Shown here in pieces: positions 27,122 through 41,962 of a stretch of DNA of 64,000 nucleotides; position 1 is the first letter of the stretch; each line of letters starts with the position of its first letter. A program made the position numbers and the translations under genes. The stretch is from NCBI GenBank assembly GCA_963843375.1, contig CAWJKT010000007.1:1-64000 (forward strand), written 5' to 3'. The DNA comes from an uncultured Pseudomonadota bacterium (GTDB lineage Bacteria; Oederibacteriota; Muellerivitia; Muellerivitales; Muellerivitaceae). The notes below the pieces were generated by a model, which had not been told where the DNA came from, did not search any database, and saw only the letters and a program-made list of their open reading frames with translations.

Positions 27122-29335
27122 TTACAACATGGATTGAGGATCCATATCCACTACCCGGAAAACCCCCTTGGGAGTCTGATACCGCGAATCCAAAGTTTGA
27201 AGTAATTGCCTAATCGCTTGAGGCTTGAGAGCCTTCAACATTACTTGAAACCGGTAATGACCTCTCAACTTAAAAATTCCGGCAGGCGCAGGCCCCATTA
27301 CTTCCACTCCCAGTTTTCCAGCCTCTCTTCTTAGGATATCACCCGCCTTCTCCGCTGCCTCACGGGATTTTTTTTCTTCCTTTGCTCGGTAAACTAAAAG
27401 GCCAAGTTTTGTGAAAGGTGGATAATTTAATTCTTTCCTTAATTCCGTTTCCTTTTCCCCAAAACCCCGTGTGTCATGCCGAATAGCGGATGAGATGCTA
27501 ACGTGTTCTGGATGAAAGGTCTGTAAGTAGATAGTTCCCTCTTTTTCCGCCCGACCCGCCCGGCCGGCCACTTGGACCAAAAGTTGGAAAACCCTCTCCG
27601 CCGCCCTAAAATCCGGCAGGGCTAGCCCTACGTCCGCACCCACCACTCCTACCATGGTTACTCCTGGAAAGTCGTGGCCCTTGGCGATCATCTGGGTTCC
27701 AACCAAAAGGTCAATCTCATGTCGGCGAAAGCGGTTGAGGATATCTTCATGGCTCCCTTGGCGCCTTGTTGTATCCAAATCCATTCGTTCAATGCGCGCA
27801 TATGGAAATCCCGTTTTCAATTCTTCTTCCAAACGCTCCGTGCCCAACCCAACTTGTTGAATTGGTCCATCGCCACAACCAGCGCACTTTTCAGGAATTG
27901 GCCCCGACCAATTACAGTAATGGCATAAAAGAGTGGGCTTGGAACCACGGTGATAGGTAACCGGTATGGAACAGGAAGGACAATGTACCTGTTCACCGCA
28001 TTTCACACAAAGGGTGACAGTGTTAAAACCCCGGCGATTGAGGAATAAAATCGCCTGTTCCTTTTTATCAAGGGTATCCCGAATTGCCTCACTCAAAGCC
28101 AGTGACAAGACAGGCCGATCAGCCCCGCGCACTTTCCACTCATCCCTTAAATCCACTACCTTAATTCGGGGCAAGGGCTTTTTGTTTACCCGCTCCGGCA
28201 TGGAAAGAAGTTGGTATTTTCCCATTTGGGTATTGTGAACCGATTCCAGGGAGGGCGTTGCGCTTCCTAGTAGGGCGACCGCGTTACAGATTTGGGCTCT
28301 TTTTACCGCCGCGTCACGGGCATGATACCGGGGTGCATCCTCTTGTTTATAGGAAGAATCATGTTCCTCATCTACGACTATCAACCTCAAATTTTGGGTT
28401 GGAGCGAAAAGCGCGGAGCGAGCCCCCACCACAACCTTGGCATCACCCAGGGCGATCCGCTGCCATTCATAGGTGCGTTCCCCAGTGGAAAGGCGGCTGT
28501 GCAAAACAGCCACTTGGTTGCCAAAACGTCCCGTGAAGCGCTCTACCGTCTGGGGCGTCAAGGCAATTTCTGGGATCAACACAATGGCTTGTTGGTTTTG
28601 GGCTAGAACTTCCGTGATGGCCCGGAGGTAAACCTCGGTTTTCCCCGAACCGGTCACACCTTGTAAAAGAAAAGTTTTAAAGTTTCCTTCTTGGATCACG
28701 CCCTTTAGGGCGAAATAGGCCGCTTGTTGTTGGGGATGAAGTTCAGGAATGGGATCCATGCCAACGGTACGGCTGGTTTTCTTCGCCCGTGAGATATCCG
28801 GTGTCCCTTCCAGTTTTAAAGTTCCCAGCGAGGCCCGTTTCAGGGCTTCCGCCAAGCCGCGGGTGCGGGCCGTCAAGGGAACCCGCCCCGTCTTAAGGCT
28901 TTCCCAATTGACACCTCTTAAGGGGCCCATCTTTTCCAATAAATTCTCGACGATCGGCTGTTGCGCTTCGGCATTCAAAAGAAGAAAAGCCTTGGGATTC
29001 TTCCGGTAACCCGTGGGTAACATGGCGAAAAGGGCTTCACCCAGAGAGCAATAATAATAATCAGCAATCCATGCCCCCAGTTTCAAAAGGTCAGGAGTCA
29101 ATGAGGGCAATGTATCTAGAAGAGAGTCGATGGGTTTGACGGTTTTGATATGGAGGGGTGCCTTGGAGGTAATCCCAGTGATAAGTCCTACAGTTTGGCG
29201 GCGGCCAAAAGAAACCGAACAACGCATGCCAGGCTGGAGCAGGCCTTCCAAGGCTTCGGGAACTCGGTAAGAAAAAACCTGTTTTAAGGGAACGGGAAAT
29301 ACTATTTCTGCGAATTGCTCAGCCATTCCTGCCAC
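27122..29335 (-). CDS. priA: Primosomal protein N'
   Basis: GVTGSGKTEVY, DEEHD, Cys-rich Zn region, QVAGRAGR. Confidence 0.96.
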   Translation of the reverse strand: MAGMAEQFAEIVFPVPLKQVFSYRVPEALEGLLQPGMRCSVSFGRRQTVGLITGITSKAPLHIKTVKPIDSLLDTLPSLTPDLLKLGAWIADYYYCSLGEALFAMLPTGYRKNPKAFLLLNAEAQQPIVENLLEKMGPLRGVNWESLKTGRVPLTARTRGLAEALKRASLGTLKLEGTPDISRAKKTSRTVGMDPIPELHPQQQAAYFALKGVIQEGNFKTFLLQGVTGSGKTEVYLRAITEVLAQNQQAIVLIPEIALTPQTVERFTGRFGNQVAVLHSRLSTGERTYEWQRIALGDAKVVVGARSALFAPTQNLRLIVVDEEHDSSYKQEDAPRYHARDAAVKRAQICNAVALLGSATPSLESVHNTQMGKYQLLSMPERVNKKPLPRIKVVDLRDEWKVRGADRPVLSLALSEAIRDTLDKKEQAILFLNRRGFNTVTLCVKCGEQVHCPSCSIPVTYHRGSKPTLLCHYCNWSGPIPEKCAGCGDGPIQQVGLGTERLEEELKTGFPYARIERMDLDTTRRQGSHEDILNRFRRHEIDLLVGTQMIAKGHDFPGVTMVGVVGADVGLALPDFRAAERVFQLLVQVAGRAGRAEKEGTIYLQTFHPEHVSISSAIRHDTRGFGEKETELRKELNYPPFTKLGLLVYRAKEEKKSREAAEKAGDILRREAGKLGVEVMGPAPAGIFKLRGHYRFQVMLKALKPQAIRQLLQTLDSRYQTPKGVFRVVDMDPQSML

Positions 29336-30158
29336 TTCCCCTCAGGCGGGGGTCCATGTAATCTCTCAAACCTTCACCCAACAAGTTATAACCCAATACC
29401 GTGAAAAAAATGGCTAACCCGGGAAAGGTGATGAGCCACCAGGCGTCGGTAAGATGGTCTCTTCCCTCTTCCAGCATATTTCCCCAGCTTGGGGTGGGTG
29501 GCTGGACTCCCAAACCTAGGAAACTAAGTGAGGATTCAATCAAAATAGCCCCGCCGATCCCCAGGGTCGCCACGACCAAGACCGGCCCCAAGGCGTTGGG
29601 CAAAAGATGCCTCAGGATGATCCGGGAGTCCTTCATCCCAATCACCCTGGCCGCCTGGATGAATTCCCTTTCCTTCAAAGAAAGTACTTCGCCCCGCACC
29701 AGCCTGGCTACATCGGTCCAGGAGGTAAAACCGATGATGACCATGATGTTCACGATGCTGGGGCCCACAAAGGCGATAACCATCAGGATGAGGAAAAAGG
29801 TAGGGATGCAAAGGAGAATATCCACTAGCCGCATGAGGATGGAATCTACCAGTCCTCCATAATACCCCGCCACTGCGCCGACAAAAGTCCCTATAAATAT
29901 ATAGATGGAAACCGCAACCAAACCGACGGCCAGGGAAACCCGCGAACCATAAAGCATGCGGGAAAGGACGTCGCGGCCATATTGGTCCGTGCCCATCCAA
30001 TGGTGGAGAGAGGGCGGCAGCAGGCGGTCGGACAGGGTTTGTTGGACGGGATCGTAAGGGGAAATCCACTGGGCGCTCAGGGCGGTCAGGATCAGAATGG
30101 AAACGAAAACCATTCCCCAAAACATCAAGGGTTGCTGGAAAAACAGTTTTTTAATCAT
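29319..30158 (-). CDS. Peptide ABC transporter permease (OppC/DppC)
   Basis: GTDQYGRD, EAA-loop region, LSFLGLGVQPPTPSWG. Confidence 0.92.
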   Translation of the reverse strand: MIKKLFFQQPLMFWGMVFVSILILTALSAQWISPYDPVQQTLSDRLLPPSLHHWMGTDQYGRDVLSRMLYGSRVSLAVGLVAVSIYIFIGTFVGAVAGYYGGLVDSILMRLVDILLCIPTFFLILMVIAFVGPSIVNIMVIIGFTSWTDVARLVRGEVLSLKEREFIQAARVIGMKDSRIILRHLLPNALGPVLVVATLGIGGAILIESSLSFLGLGVQPPTPSWGNMLEEGRDHLTDAWWLITFPGLAIFFTVLGYNLLGEGLRDYMDPRLRGSGRNG

Positions 30159-31122
30159 ATCGTATTCTCGGATCCAGCCAAGCGTAGGTAATATCCGCCA
30201 AAAGATTGCCAAAAAGCGTCAGGAAGCCCGAAATGACGCCGATCCCCATCAACAAGGGGTAGTCATGGGCCAGAACGGACTCAAACCCAAGTCTTCCCAT
30301 ACCTGGCCAGGAAAAAAGGGTTTCAATGATAAAACTACCGCCGATGATCCCAGGCAGCGCCAAACCCATCAGGGTCACGATGGGGATCAGGGCATTGGGT
30401 AGCGCGTGTTTGAAGATCACTTGGAACTCGGACAAACCCTTGGCTCTCGCCGTGCGGATATAGTCCTGCCGAATGACTTCCAGCATGCTGGTACGGGCGT
30501 ATCGGGAAACGGACGCAAGACCCCCGAAAGTCGTCACCGCCAGGGGCAAGACCAAATGGGAAGCCAAATCGCAAACTTGATCCCACCAAGGCAGGTATGC
30601 CGCCTCGGTACTGGTCATTCCGGAAACGGGAAAGAGGTTCAATTTCACTCCGAATAAAAGCATCAACATGAGAGCGAACCAGAAACTGGGCATAGAAAAA
30701 CCGATAAAAGAAAAAACAGAAAGGAAGCGGTCGAACCACCGGTTTTGGTAATAGGCCCCCAAAACTCCCATGGGAACCGCCACCAGAAACAACAGTACTT
30801 CGGATAATCCCGAAAGCAACAGGGTGGCTGGAAACCGTTCGGCGATGACAACGATCACCGGCCGGTTATCCCGGAAGGTGCTTCCAAAATCCAGAAGGCA
30901 GATGCGCTTGAGCCAATGCCAATATTGGACCATCAGGGGATCGTCCAGACCGTAAGACTGGCGGAGTTTAACCAGATAGGAAGGGTCAATTTTGCTGTTC
31001 ATTCCCACATTCAATGAAGCGGGGTCACCCGGAGCCAGCTCCATGATGACGAAACTGATGAGAGTAATCCCCAAAAGAAGGGGAACCATCATCATCAATC
31101 GTCGAAAAATATACTTTCTCAT
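30151..31122 (-). CDS. Peptide ABC transporter permease (OppB/DppB)
   Basis: MRKYIFRRL, PGDP, DYIRTARAKGL, LDPRI. Confidence 0.92.
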   Translation of the reverse strand: MRKYIFRRLMMMVPLLLGITLISFVIMELAPGDPASLNVGMNSKIDPSYLVKLRQSYGLDDPLMVQYWHWLKRICLLDFGSTFRDNRPVIVVIAERFPATLLLSGLSEVLLFLVAVPMGVLGAYYQNRWFDRFLSVFSFIGFSMPSFWFALMLMLLFGVKLNLFPVSGMTSTEAAYLPWWDQVCDLASHLVLPLAVTTFGGLASVSRYARTSMLEVIRQDYIRTARAKGLSEFQVIFKHALPNALIPIVTLMGLALPGIIGGSFIIETLFSWPGMGRLGFESVLAHDYPLLMGIGVISGFLTLFGNLLADITYAWLDPRIRYD

Positions 31123-32771
31123 GGCCGGATGGAATACTTCTGCTGAGTCAAAGGAACATACCATTTGTTGACAGTCAACAATGAGGGATCCACCAGTTGG
31201 GATGGCCCATATCCCTTGAACCTTTTGTGGATGGCGGCCAGATGGTTGGGAACGACGAGGAAAGTGTAAGGCTGATCTTCGTGGAGGATGGATTGGATTT
31301 TCCAATAAATTTTTTGGCGTTTGGCCGTGTCCAGGGTCTGGCGCCCTTCCATCAGCAATCGGTCCATCTGTTTGTTGTCGTAGTCGACAAAATTATACTG
31401 GTGTTCGCCCCTTTGGCTGGAATGGAAAAGCTGGTAACAATCCGGATCCGGGGTAATGGCCCAGGCCCCCAAATAAGCGTCGAATTTCCTGGGGTCCAGG
31501 TACTGGGAAAGAAAGGTGGTCCATTCATAGACCTGCAGGTCCACTTCAATGCCCAGTTGTTTCATTTGCTGTTGCATGATGGTGGCCACCCTCTCGGCGC
31601 TAACGGCCCCCTGGATGGTAATAAGAGTAAACTTAAAGGGTGTGTCCTTGCCGGCGATGGTCTTGTGAAGAAGCCCGTCCGTGCCCATCTTCCATCCCGC
31701 TTCCTTAAGGTATTGCCGGGATTTGTCCGGATCAAAAGGCCAGGGCTTGTCCTTGGGGTCATTGGCCCAGGAATGGAGGGGGAAAGGACTGTCGCAGACT
31801 ACACCCTGCCCGTAACTGACATTCTGGATGATGGTCTGGCGATCGATGGCCATGGTCAGGGCCTGGCGCACCTTCTTGTCCTTGAACAGCGGATTTTTCG
31901 GGTTCCAGCCGACATAGCTAAAGCCAAGTGAATCGGTTTTATAGGAGTTGTAGTAATCCTTGAATTTGGGATTGTCCGTCTCTTTTACAAATTGTTCGGC
32001 CCTCATTCCGCCATGAAGCCAGGCACCCATGGCGTCGATCCCGCCGTTGAGCAGTTCCAGGAATTCAGTGGACTGGTCCGGAATGATGCGCATGACAAAT
32101 CTTTTGATATGGGGCGGCCCACCCCAATAGTTCGGGTTGGCTTCCAGGACGACCTGCTGGGCCGTTTTCCATTCGACGAACTTGTAGGGCCCGGTCCCAA
32201 CTGGATGGCGGTCGAAATCCGACTTATTGATGTCCTTGCCTTCCAGTAAATGCTTGGGAAGAATATTGTCAAAAGTTTGGGACAAGGCGGGGGCAAAGGG
32301 TTTTTTATAGGTTACCCGCACCGTATAAAGATCCATGATCTCGACACTTTTGATGTCCTGGTACATGGCCCCCGCGGGGGTATTCACCGTCGGATCGGAA
32401 TAAACCTTATAGGTGAAAAGCACGTCATCGGCATTGAATTCCACCCCATCCTGAAAATGGACTCCCTTACGCAGATAATAAGTAATGACCTTGCCGTTCT
32501 TGGAAATAGTCCATTTTTCAGCCAGGCAGGGCACGGGATTGAAGTTTTCGTCCATGCGGGCCAAGCCCTCAAAAACCAAGTTATCGATATCCCCGCCACC
32601 CGTCTCATCCACCAGGGGCGGCATCAGGTGTCTCGGGTCCGCTCCACCGGACTCAACCAGTATGTCCCCGTCCGCCACCGCCCCGTCCTGGGTATAGATT
32701 TTGGGATCCTTGTGTCCGCACCCGGTTAAAACCGCCAGCATCGTCAGCAAGACCAGTGATTTTTTGGTCAT
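31119..32771 (-). CDS. Peptide ABC transporter substrate-binding lipoprotein (family 5)
   Basis: Lipobox LTGC, PVGTGPYKF, VRQALTMAIDR. Confidence 0.92.
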   Translation of the reverse strand: MTKKSLVLLTMLAVLTGCGHKDPKIYTQDGAVADGDILVESGGADPRHLMPPLVDETGGGDIDNLVFEGLARMDENFNPVPCLAEKWTISKNGKVITYYLRKGVHFQDGVEFNADDVLFTYKVYSDPTVNTPAGAMYQDIKSVEIMDLYTVRVTYKKPFAPALSQTFDNILPKHLLEGKDINKSDFDRHPVGTGPYKFVEWKTAQQVVLEANPNYWGGPPHIKRFVMRIIPDQSTEFLELLNGGIDAMGAWLHGGMRAEQFVKETDNPKFKDYYNSYKTDSLGFSYVGWNPKNPLFKDKKVRQALTMAIDRQTIIQNVSYGQGVVCDSPFPLHSWANDPKDKPWPFDPDKSRQYLKEAGWKMGTDGLLHKTIAGKDTPFKFTLITIQGAVSAERVATIMQQQMKQLGIEVDLQVYEWTTFLSQYLDPRKFDAYLGAWAITPDPDCYQLFHSSQRGEHQYNFVDYDNKQMDRLLMEGRQTLDTAKRQKIYWKIQSILHEDQPYTFLVVPNHLAAIHKRFKGYGPSQLVDPSLLTVNKWYVPLTQQKYSIRP

Positions 32772-32950
32772 TTAAAACCCTTTCCGGAAAAATTAACCGA
32801 CCGCATATTAGGTTTCATTGCGAGGAACGAATTTCATGATGAAGCAGCCCAAGTTCATGGGTTATTTTCGAAATGAAGAAGCCTGCTTAAACCGGGATGG
32901 CTTCGTCCCATTCGTCCCCCTTTTCGGGGTCACTCAATGACAGGTTAAAA

Positions 32951-35636
32951 TCAAGCGCCGTGACACTTCTTGTATTTTTTTCCTGACCCGCAAGGACATG
33001 GATCATTACGGCCAACCTTGGGTTCTTCCCGGCGGATCGTGGCAACCTTCCCCATTTCCTGGGGCTGGCTTCCCTGGGCTTGAAATTGGTCCATGCCCGG
33101 CGGCGGAGCCATACCGGGAGGCATATTGCCCCCCAACATACCCATGGGCTGCGGCCCCGTTTGGGCAGGTGCTTGAGCCGCCTGTGCCCGGGGATCAAAA
33201 TCCGGATGTTCTTCCCTGATATTCCTAAGTTCACCCTGGGGGAACAACTCTTCCTTGGAACTCACCGTTTGAACCATGAATAAAAGCTTGAGTGAATCTT
33301 CCTTTATTTGCGCCACCATCGACTGAAACATTTGGAACCCTTCCCTTTTATATTCAATCAGGGGGTCCTTTTGGCCGTAGGCCTGCAGTCCGATACCTTC
33401 TTTCAAATGGTCCATGGATAACAAATGGTCTTTCCAAAGGTTGTCCACAACTTGGAGAATAATGGCCCTTTCCAGGGAGCGCATGACATCGGGAGTCATG
33501 GCCTTTTCTTTAACTTCATAAGCTTTGAAGATTTCATCTTTCAGGGCGTCATAAAATGAATCCCGATCCAGTTGGCGGAAACTTTCTTCCTGCCATCCAA
33601 GATCTTTCTGAAAAACTTCCTTAAACCACTTCTTCAGACCCTCGTGGTTCCATTCTTCGGGTTTGGTTTTCTCCGGCAAGTGGGTATCGATTCCCAAAAC
33701 CGCCACATCCTCCAGGATTTCCAGCATATGGGTCCGGATATCTTTTTCCCGCAAAACCCGGTTTCTTTCCCGGTAGATAACTTCGCGTTGCTTGTTCATC
33801 ACATCGTCATATTCCAAAAGGTGTTTGCGGATGTCAAAATTATGCGATTCGACGGCTTTTTGAGCCCTTTCGATGGATTTGGATACCCAAGGATGGGAAA
33901 TCACTTCCCCCTCCTCCATCCCAAGCCGAGTCATCCAGTCCTTAAGCTTGTCTGACCCGAAAATACGCATCAGGTCGTCTTCTAGGGAAACATAAAAACG
34001 GGATAAACCAGGATCGCCCTGACGGCCAGATCGTCCACGAAGCTGATTGTCGATACGCCGGCTCTCGTGCCGTTCGGTGCCGAAAACCGCCAATCCGCCA
34101 ACCTCTTTCACGCCCGGCCCCAATACAATGTCCGTTCCGCGACCGGCCATGTTGGTGGCGATGGTAACTGCGCTCGGCTGTCCGGCCAGGGAAATGATGT
34201 CCGATTCCCGGTCGTGAAACTTGGCGTTCAGGACTTCGTGCTTGATCCCGCGTTTTTTCAGGAGGCCGGAAAGCATCTCGTTCTTTTCGATGGAGACCGT
34301 ACCGACCAATACCGGCTGACCCTTTTGGTGTAACTCGATGACATCCTCGACGATGGCGTTGAACTTTTCCTTGACCGTCCGGTAAACAGCGTCCGAATCG
34401 TCTTTGCGGATCATCGGATTATGGGTAGGTATGCTCAGAACATCCAAGTTATAGATGTCCCTGAACTCGGCCGCTTCGGTTTCGGCCGTCCCGGTCATGC
34501 CCGGCAAGCTTTTTGTACATGCGGAAGAAATTCTGGAAGGTGATGGTGGCCAGGGTCTGATTTTCGGCTTCGATCTTCACCTTTTCCTTGGCTTCCAAGG
34601 CCTGGTGAAGACCGTCCGAGTAACGGCGGCCCGGCATGAGACGACCGGTGAACTCATCAACAATGACGACTTCACCATCCTTCACGATATAGTCCACGTC
34701 CCGCTTGAAGATCACGTGAGCTTTCAAGGCCTGGTTAACGTGATGCACCAATTGAACGTTCTTATGGTCGTAAAGGTTATCCACTTTCAGAAGCTTCTCA
34801 ACATGACGAACCCCGGCCTCGGTAAGAAAGGCCGACCTGGTCTTTTCTTCGGTGTCGTAATCCTTGTCCTTGCCCGCGGATAGCGAGGGAATGATCCGGT
34901 CGATCTTGTAGTAAAGATCGGTGGATTCCTCCGAAGGACCCGAAATGATGAGCGGGGTCCTGGCTTCATCCACCAGAATGCTGTCCACTTCGTCCACAAT
35001 GGCGTAATTCAAGGGTCTTTGAACGGTATAATCCAGACCCGTGGCCATGTTGTCCCTTAAATAATCGAAACCCAACTCGTTATTCGTACCGTAGGTGATG
35101 TCACAGCCATAGGCGGCCTTGCGTTCGTCGTAATCCAGCCCGTGCTTAATGACCCCGGTAGTGAGGCCTAAGAAATTATAAATATTTCCCATGCCCTTAA
35201 AGGTTCCTCGGCCCAAGCTGTCACGTTCGGCGAGGAAATCGTTGACGGTCACAAGATGAACACCCTTACCTTCCAGGGCGTTCAAATAAATGGGCAAAGT
35301 CGCGACCAGGGTTTTACCTTCACCGGTTCTCATTTCGGCTATCCGGCCAGAATGAAGGACCATGCCGCCGATCATTTGCACATCGAAATGGCGCAATCCC
35401 ATGACGCGCTTGGAAGTTTCCCGTACAACGGCGAAGGCTTCCACCAGGAGATCATCAATGGTCTCTCCATGGGTGAGGCGGTCTTTGAATTCGTCGGTTT
35501 TCTTGCGAAGATCCGCGTCGGAGAGGGCTTGGAGATGGGCTTCCAAAGAGTTGATTTGCTCGACTTTCGGCCAAAGTTTCTTTAATTCGCGGTCAGCTTT
35601 ACTGCCGAAAATCTTAGTTAAAACCGTACCTAACAT
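32951..35636 (-). CDS. secA: Preprotein translocase SecA (frameshift near 34500, probably a sequencing error)
   Basis: [15 protein letters not shown], split KLAG/MTGTA with an extra G, SEC-C motif [14 protein letters not shown]. Confidence 0.95.
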
Positions 35637-35778
35637 GATTCCTCGTTTCGATAGATAAAGGGGTGATAAAGAGGCCTAAGTATAAGGAGTTTAATGGGGG
35701 TGTTCAAGGCGGGAAAAACGACGGATAGACCAAGGTCATTTGCGGCCACAGAACCTCGAAGCATTTGAAATATGCCAG

Positions 35779-36270
35779 CTAACCGCCCTCCCCTGCTTTT
35801 GCTGGAGTCAATTTTTCTTCCATCTGTTTGATTTTCTCCCGGAGGGGCGAACTTTCTTTTTCCTGGTCCAGAGCTTTCACCTGTGATTCCTTGGACATCA
35901 TCTTTAATTGAGCGACTTGCCATTCGTTATAAGCGAGCTTTCTCTTTTCAACCGCAAGTTGGAATTCCAATTCGGCCCTTTCCTTTTGAACTTCCGCCTG
36001 GTCTCTCAAGCTTTTAGCGGCCTTAGTCCATTTCTGATAAGCCCGCTTGGCCCTCTTGTCGTAAAGAGTGGTTTCGATCTTGCTTTTGTCCCAAGAGTCT
36101 TTCAGCTTTTGGGCTTGATCCTTGGCATTGTCCAACTCCGCGGCAGCCTCGTCAAAAGCGGAATCCACCACGGACGGCGGATCGGCAAAGGCGAACGAAA
36201 GGAAACAGGAACCCGCGACCCAAGCGCCCAAAAACACGAATAAAGCCAAAATGAATTTCACTTTTAACAC
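35779..36270 (-). CDS. Hypothetical exported coiled-coil protein
   Basis: Signal peptide AFA; heptad-rich; directly after ligA. Confidence 0.65.
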   Translation of the reverse strand: MLKVKFILALFVFLGAWVAGSCFLSFAFADPPSVVDSAFDEAAAELDNAKDQAQKLKDSWDKSKIETTLYDKRAKRAYQKWTKAAKSLRDQAEVQKERAELEFQLAVEKRKLAYNEWQVAQLKMMSKESQVKALDQEKESSPLREKIKQMEEKLTPAKAGEGG

Positions 36271-36274
36271 CTTT

Positions 36275-39039
<2,765 letters not shown>

Positions 39040-39171
39040 GGAACCTCGCCGGTTGGATTTAGGCCGGGCTAGTTTAACATGTAGTTTTAAGGAAACACAG
39101 ACTGGAAATCGTCAAGGGTTGGCCGTCAATTAAAAGCGATTTCGTCGAAAGCTGCCGGCCGATAATCGGAA

Positions 39172-39522
39172 TTAGCGGACTTTCTTCTGAAGGAGATAAC
39201 TGAGGATTCTCAAGCGATTTTCCTGAATTTCGTTGTAGGCCCAAAAGCGTTCCAAATTTGAAAAACGTTCGGATTTTTTATTGAGCCGAAAGACAGACTC
39301 ACCATCGACCCGTTTCTCGAAAGTAACCAGTCCTAATTTTTCGAGTTTCCGGGTTGGTTTAGCGACATCCTCGGTCGAGCGGCCGAGAAGTTGGGCGATA
39401 CGGGCGGGGGTTTCCGCCTCCCCCAATTTTTTAGACATGAAGATCAGTAGATCCCACATAACAAAGGAATCCACAACCTCGTCGATAAAGGCCCGGACCT
39501 CGCCGGGAATGTCAATTTCCAC
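39172..39522 (-). CDS. Hypothetical winged-helix protein
   Basis: IAQLLGRS...LEKLGLV HTH pattern. Confidence 0.6.
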   Translation of the reverse strand: MEIDIPGEVRAFIDEVVDSFVMWDLLIFMSKKLGEAETPARIAQLLGRSTEDVAKPTRKLEKLGLVTFEKRVDGESVFRLNKKSERFSNLERFWAYNEIQENRLRILSYLLQKKVR

Positions 39523-39603
39523 TTCTTCAACCCCGTTTCACCGCAAATGCCAAGCGATATAGTAAACATATCAATATTCAAGAGTTTAAAGCTATACCCC
39601 GCC

Positions 39604-40020
39604 TTATTGGTTAATGATCGTTTTCTTCTCTAACTTATCCAAAATGCCGTTCACAAACTTGCTGGACTCATCCGTACTGAACCGTTTCACAATCTCAATG
39701 GCTTCGTTAATGGCCACGGATTTCGGGTATTTCCGAATCGTAAATAATTTCATAGGTTGCCAATCTCAAAATGTTGCGGTCCACTGCGGCCATGCGGGCC
39801 AAGTCCCAATTCTCAGCCAGCCCTCTTAGGTGCTTGTCGATATCGGCCAGTTTGTCCCAGGTGTTTCGCACCATGCGCAGGGCCATGACCTTGGCGGCTT
39901 CGGGCGCGCTCGCCTGGGGAAGAAAATTCTCCTCCATCTCTTTTAATTGGACCGTTCCCATATCCATTTGAAACAACATCTGGAGCGGGCCAATTCCCGG
40001 CTGCGTCGTTTCAAACCCAA
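39604..40020 (-). CDS. nusB: Transcription antitermination factor NusB (frameshifted)
   Basis: [24 protein letters not shown] and FVNGILD recovered across frames. Confidence 0.85.
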
Positions 40021-40036
40021 ATTTATAACCGTTCCT

Positions 40037-40505
40037 TCATTGGATTTGATCCAAACCGAAAGGGTTTCCAAAAGATGCAAGGCCGCCTCAGCGCCCTTGT
40101 TTTCGCTTTTCTCCCCCGCCCGGGCCAGTGCCTGGTCCAAGCTATCGGTCGTCAAAACGCCAAAGGCCACGGGTAAGCCCGACTTTTCCGAAAGCCTCCT
40201 CAATCCCGAAGATACTTCCAAGCGATATGTTCATGATGGGTGGTTTCTCCCCGGATGACCGCCCCCAGGGTGATGATTCCCTGAAACCGGCCTGTGTTGG
40301 CGAGTTTTGCATGCCACCACCGGTATTTCCCAGGCGCCTGGCACCCAGGCAACTTCGATATTTTTCTCGATCACACCTTAACGGCGAAGGTTTCCAGGGC
40401 GCCTTTCAGCAAACGTTGGCTGATCAAATCATTAAACCGGCTAACGACAATGGCAACGCGATATTTGGAGCCTTCCGGTTTTCCCTCATAAATTTTGACG
40501 GTCAC
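40037..40505 (-). CDS. ribH: 6,7-dimethyl-8-ribityllumazine synthase (multiple frameshifts; ends approximate)
   Basis: AIVVSRFN, PVAFGVLTTD, QALARAG, NKGAEAA across frames. Confidence 0.85.
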
Positions 40506-40595
40506 TTGGATTCCTTTAATTCAACCGGCCGAAAATGTCCGTTGCGCCAGAAAAAGTCAAAAGGCCAAACCGGCAGGCATTGTAGTGCATCTCGA

Positions 40596-41812
40596 CTATT
40601 TTGGTTCAGAATTCTTGCTTAAAAAATGTCCCATCTTCAATCGTTTTGCGTCCAAATACTGGGCATTAACCGAATTGGCGGGTATTTCAATGGGAACACG
40701 TTCGACCACTTTTAGTCCATATCCTTCCAAACCCACAATTTTCTTCGGGTTATTGGTCAAAAGCCGGATTTCCTTGATTCCCAAATCCACGAGGATCTGG
40801 GCACCAATACCATAATCACGCAAGTCCGCGGGAAAGCCCAGTTTTTCGTTCGCTTCCACTGTATCCAATCCCTGATCTTGAAGCTGATAAGCTTTTAATT
40901 TGTTCAAGAGACCTATTCCGCGGCCTTCCTGTCGCATATAAAGCACAAGACCCTGGCCTTCTTTCTCAATCTGGGCCATGGCCGCGTGAAGCTGCTCACC
41001 GCAATCACAACGCAATGAACCGAATACATCGCCCGTAAGACATTCGGAATGCACCCTGACCAAGTACCGGGCCTCTGTCAATGTCGCCTTTAACAAAAGC
41101 CAAACTATCGTCATCTTCCGTTTCGGCTTTATAGATTAACGACCTTCCATTCGCCCGTTTCAGTCGGCAATCGGAACCTCCAGACACCCGCCGGACTAAT
41201 TTTTCCTTCTGACGGCGATACCGAATGAGTTCCGCGATGGTAATCATCGTGAGGCTTATGTTTGGCCGTGAAAGTTCTCAGATCATCCATGCGGGCCATC
41301 GTTCCGTCATCCTTCATGATTTCGCAAAGGACCCCCACAGGCCTTAAACCCGCCAATTTGGCCAGGTCGACCGTGGCTTCCGTATGCCCGGCCCGGCGGA
41401 GCACTCCACCCGATCGGTACTTCAGGGGAAAAATATGGCCGGGCCTTACCAGATCGGAAGGTTTCGAGTGCCGGTCGGATAGAATTTGTATCGCCTTCGC
41501 CCGGTCATGGGCGGAAATGCCCGTCGTTACACCCTGGTGTGCGTCCACGGAAACAGCAAAGGCGGTGCGAAATTGATCCTGTTGTTCCGTGACCATCAGG
41601 GAAAGTTCCAACCGGTCTAAATCCTCGCCCAGCATAGGCACGCAAATAAGTCCCCGCCCTTCTTTCGCCATGAAATTAACGGCTTCCGGCGTCGCCTTTT
41701 CTGCCGCAATGACCAAATCGCCCTCATTTTCCCGGTTCTCGTCATCTACAACGACCACCATTTTTCCCTGGCGGATATCCTCGATGGCTTGTTCTACTCG
41801 CTTGGTTTCCAT
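40596..41812 (-). CDS. ribBA: Bifunctional DHBP synthase/GTP cyclohydrolase II (frameshifted)
   Basis: [43 protein letters not shown]. Confidence 0.92.
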
Positions 41813-41962
41813 TTCAACACCTTTGACCAAGAAATGCGTGTGAAAAGCAGGACGTTTGAATCTTTTTTAAATAGTTTTGATTCTTACTTTTTAATCTTCG
41901 AAAAAAGCCTTATTGGGACCGAGGGCCCGAGCCGGATAGCTTCTTGTTTTAATCCGCTCATC

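Noticed and set aside
34449..34507. Programmed frameshift or split secA
   Set aside because: A single extra G in a conserved motif, no slippery heptamer, and similar errors nearby.
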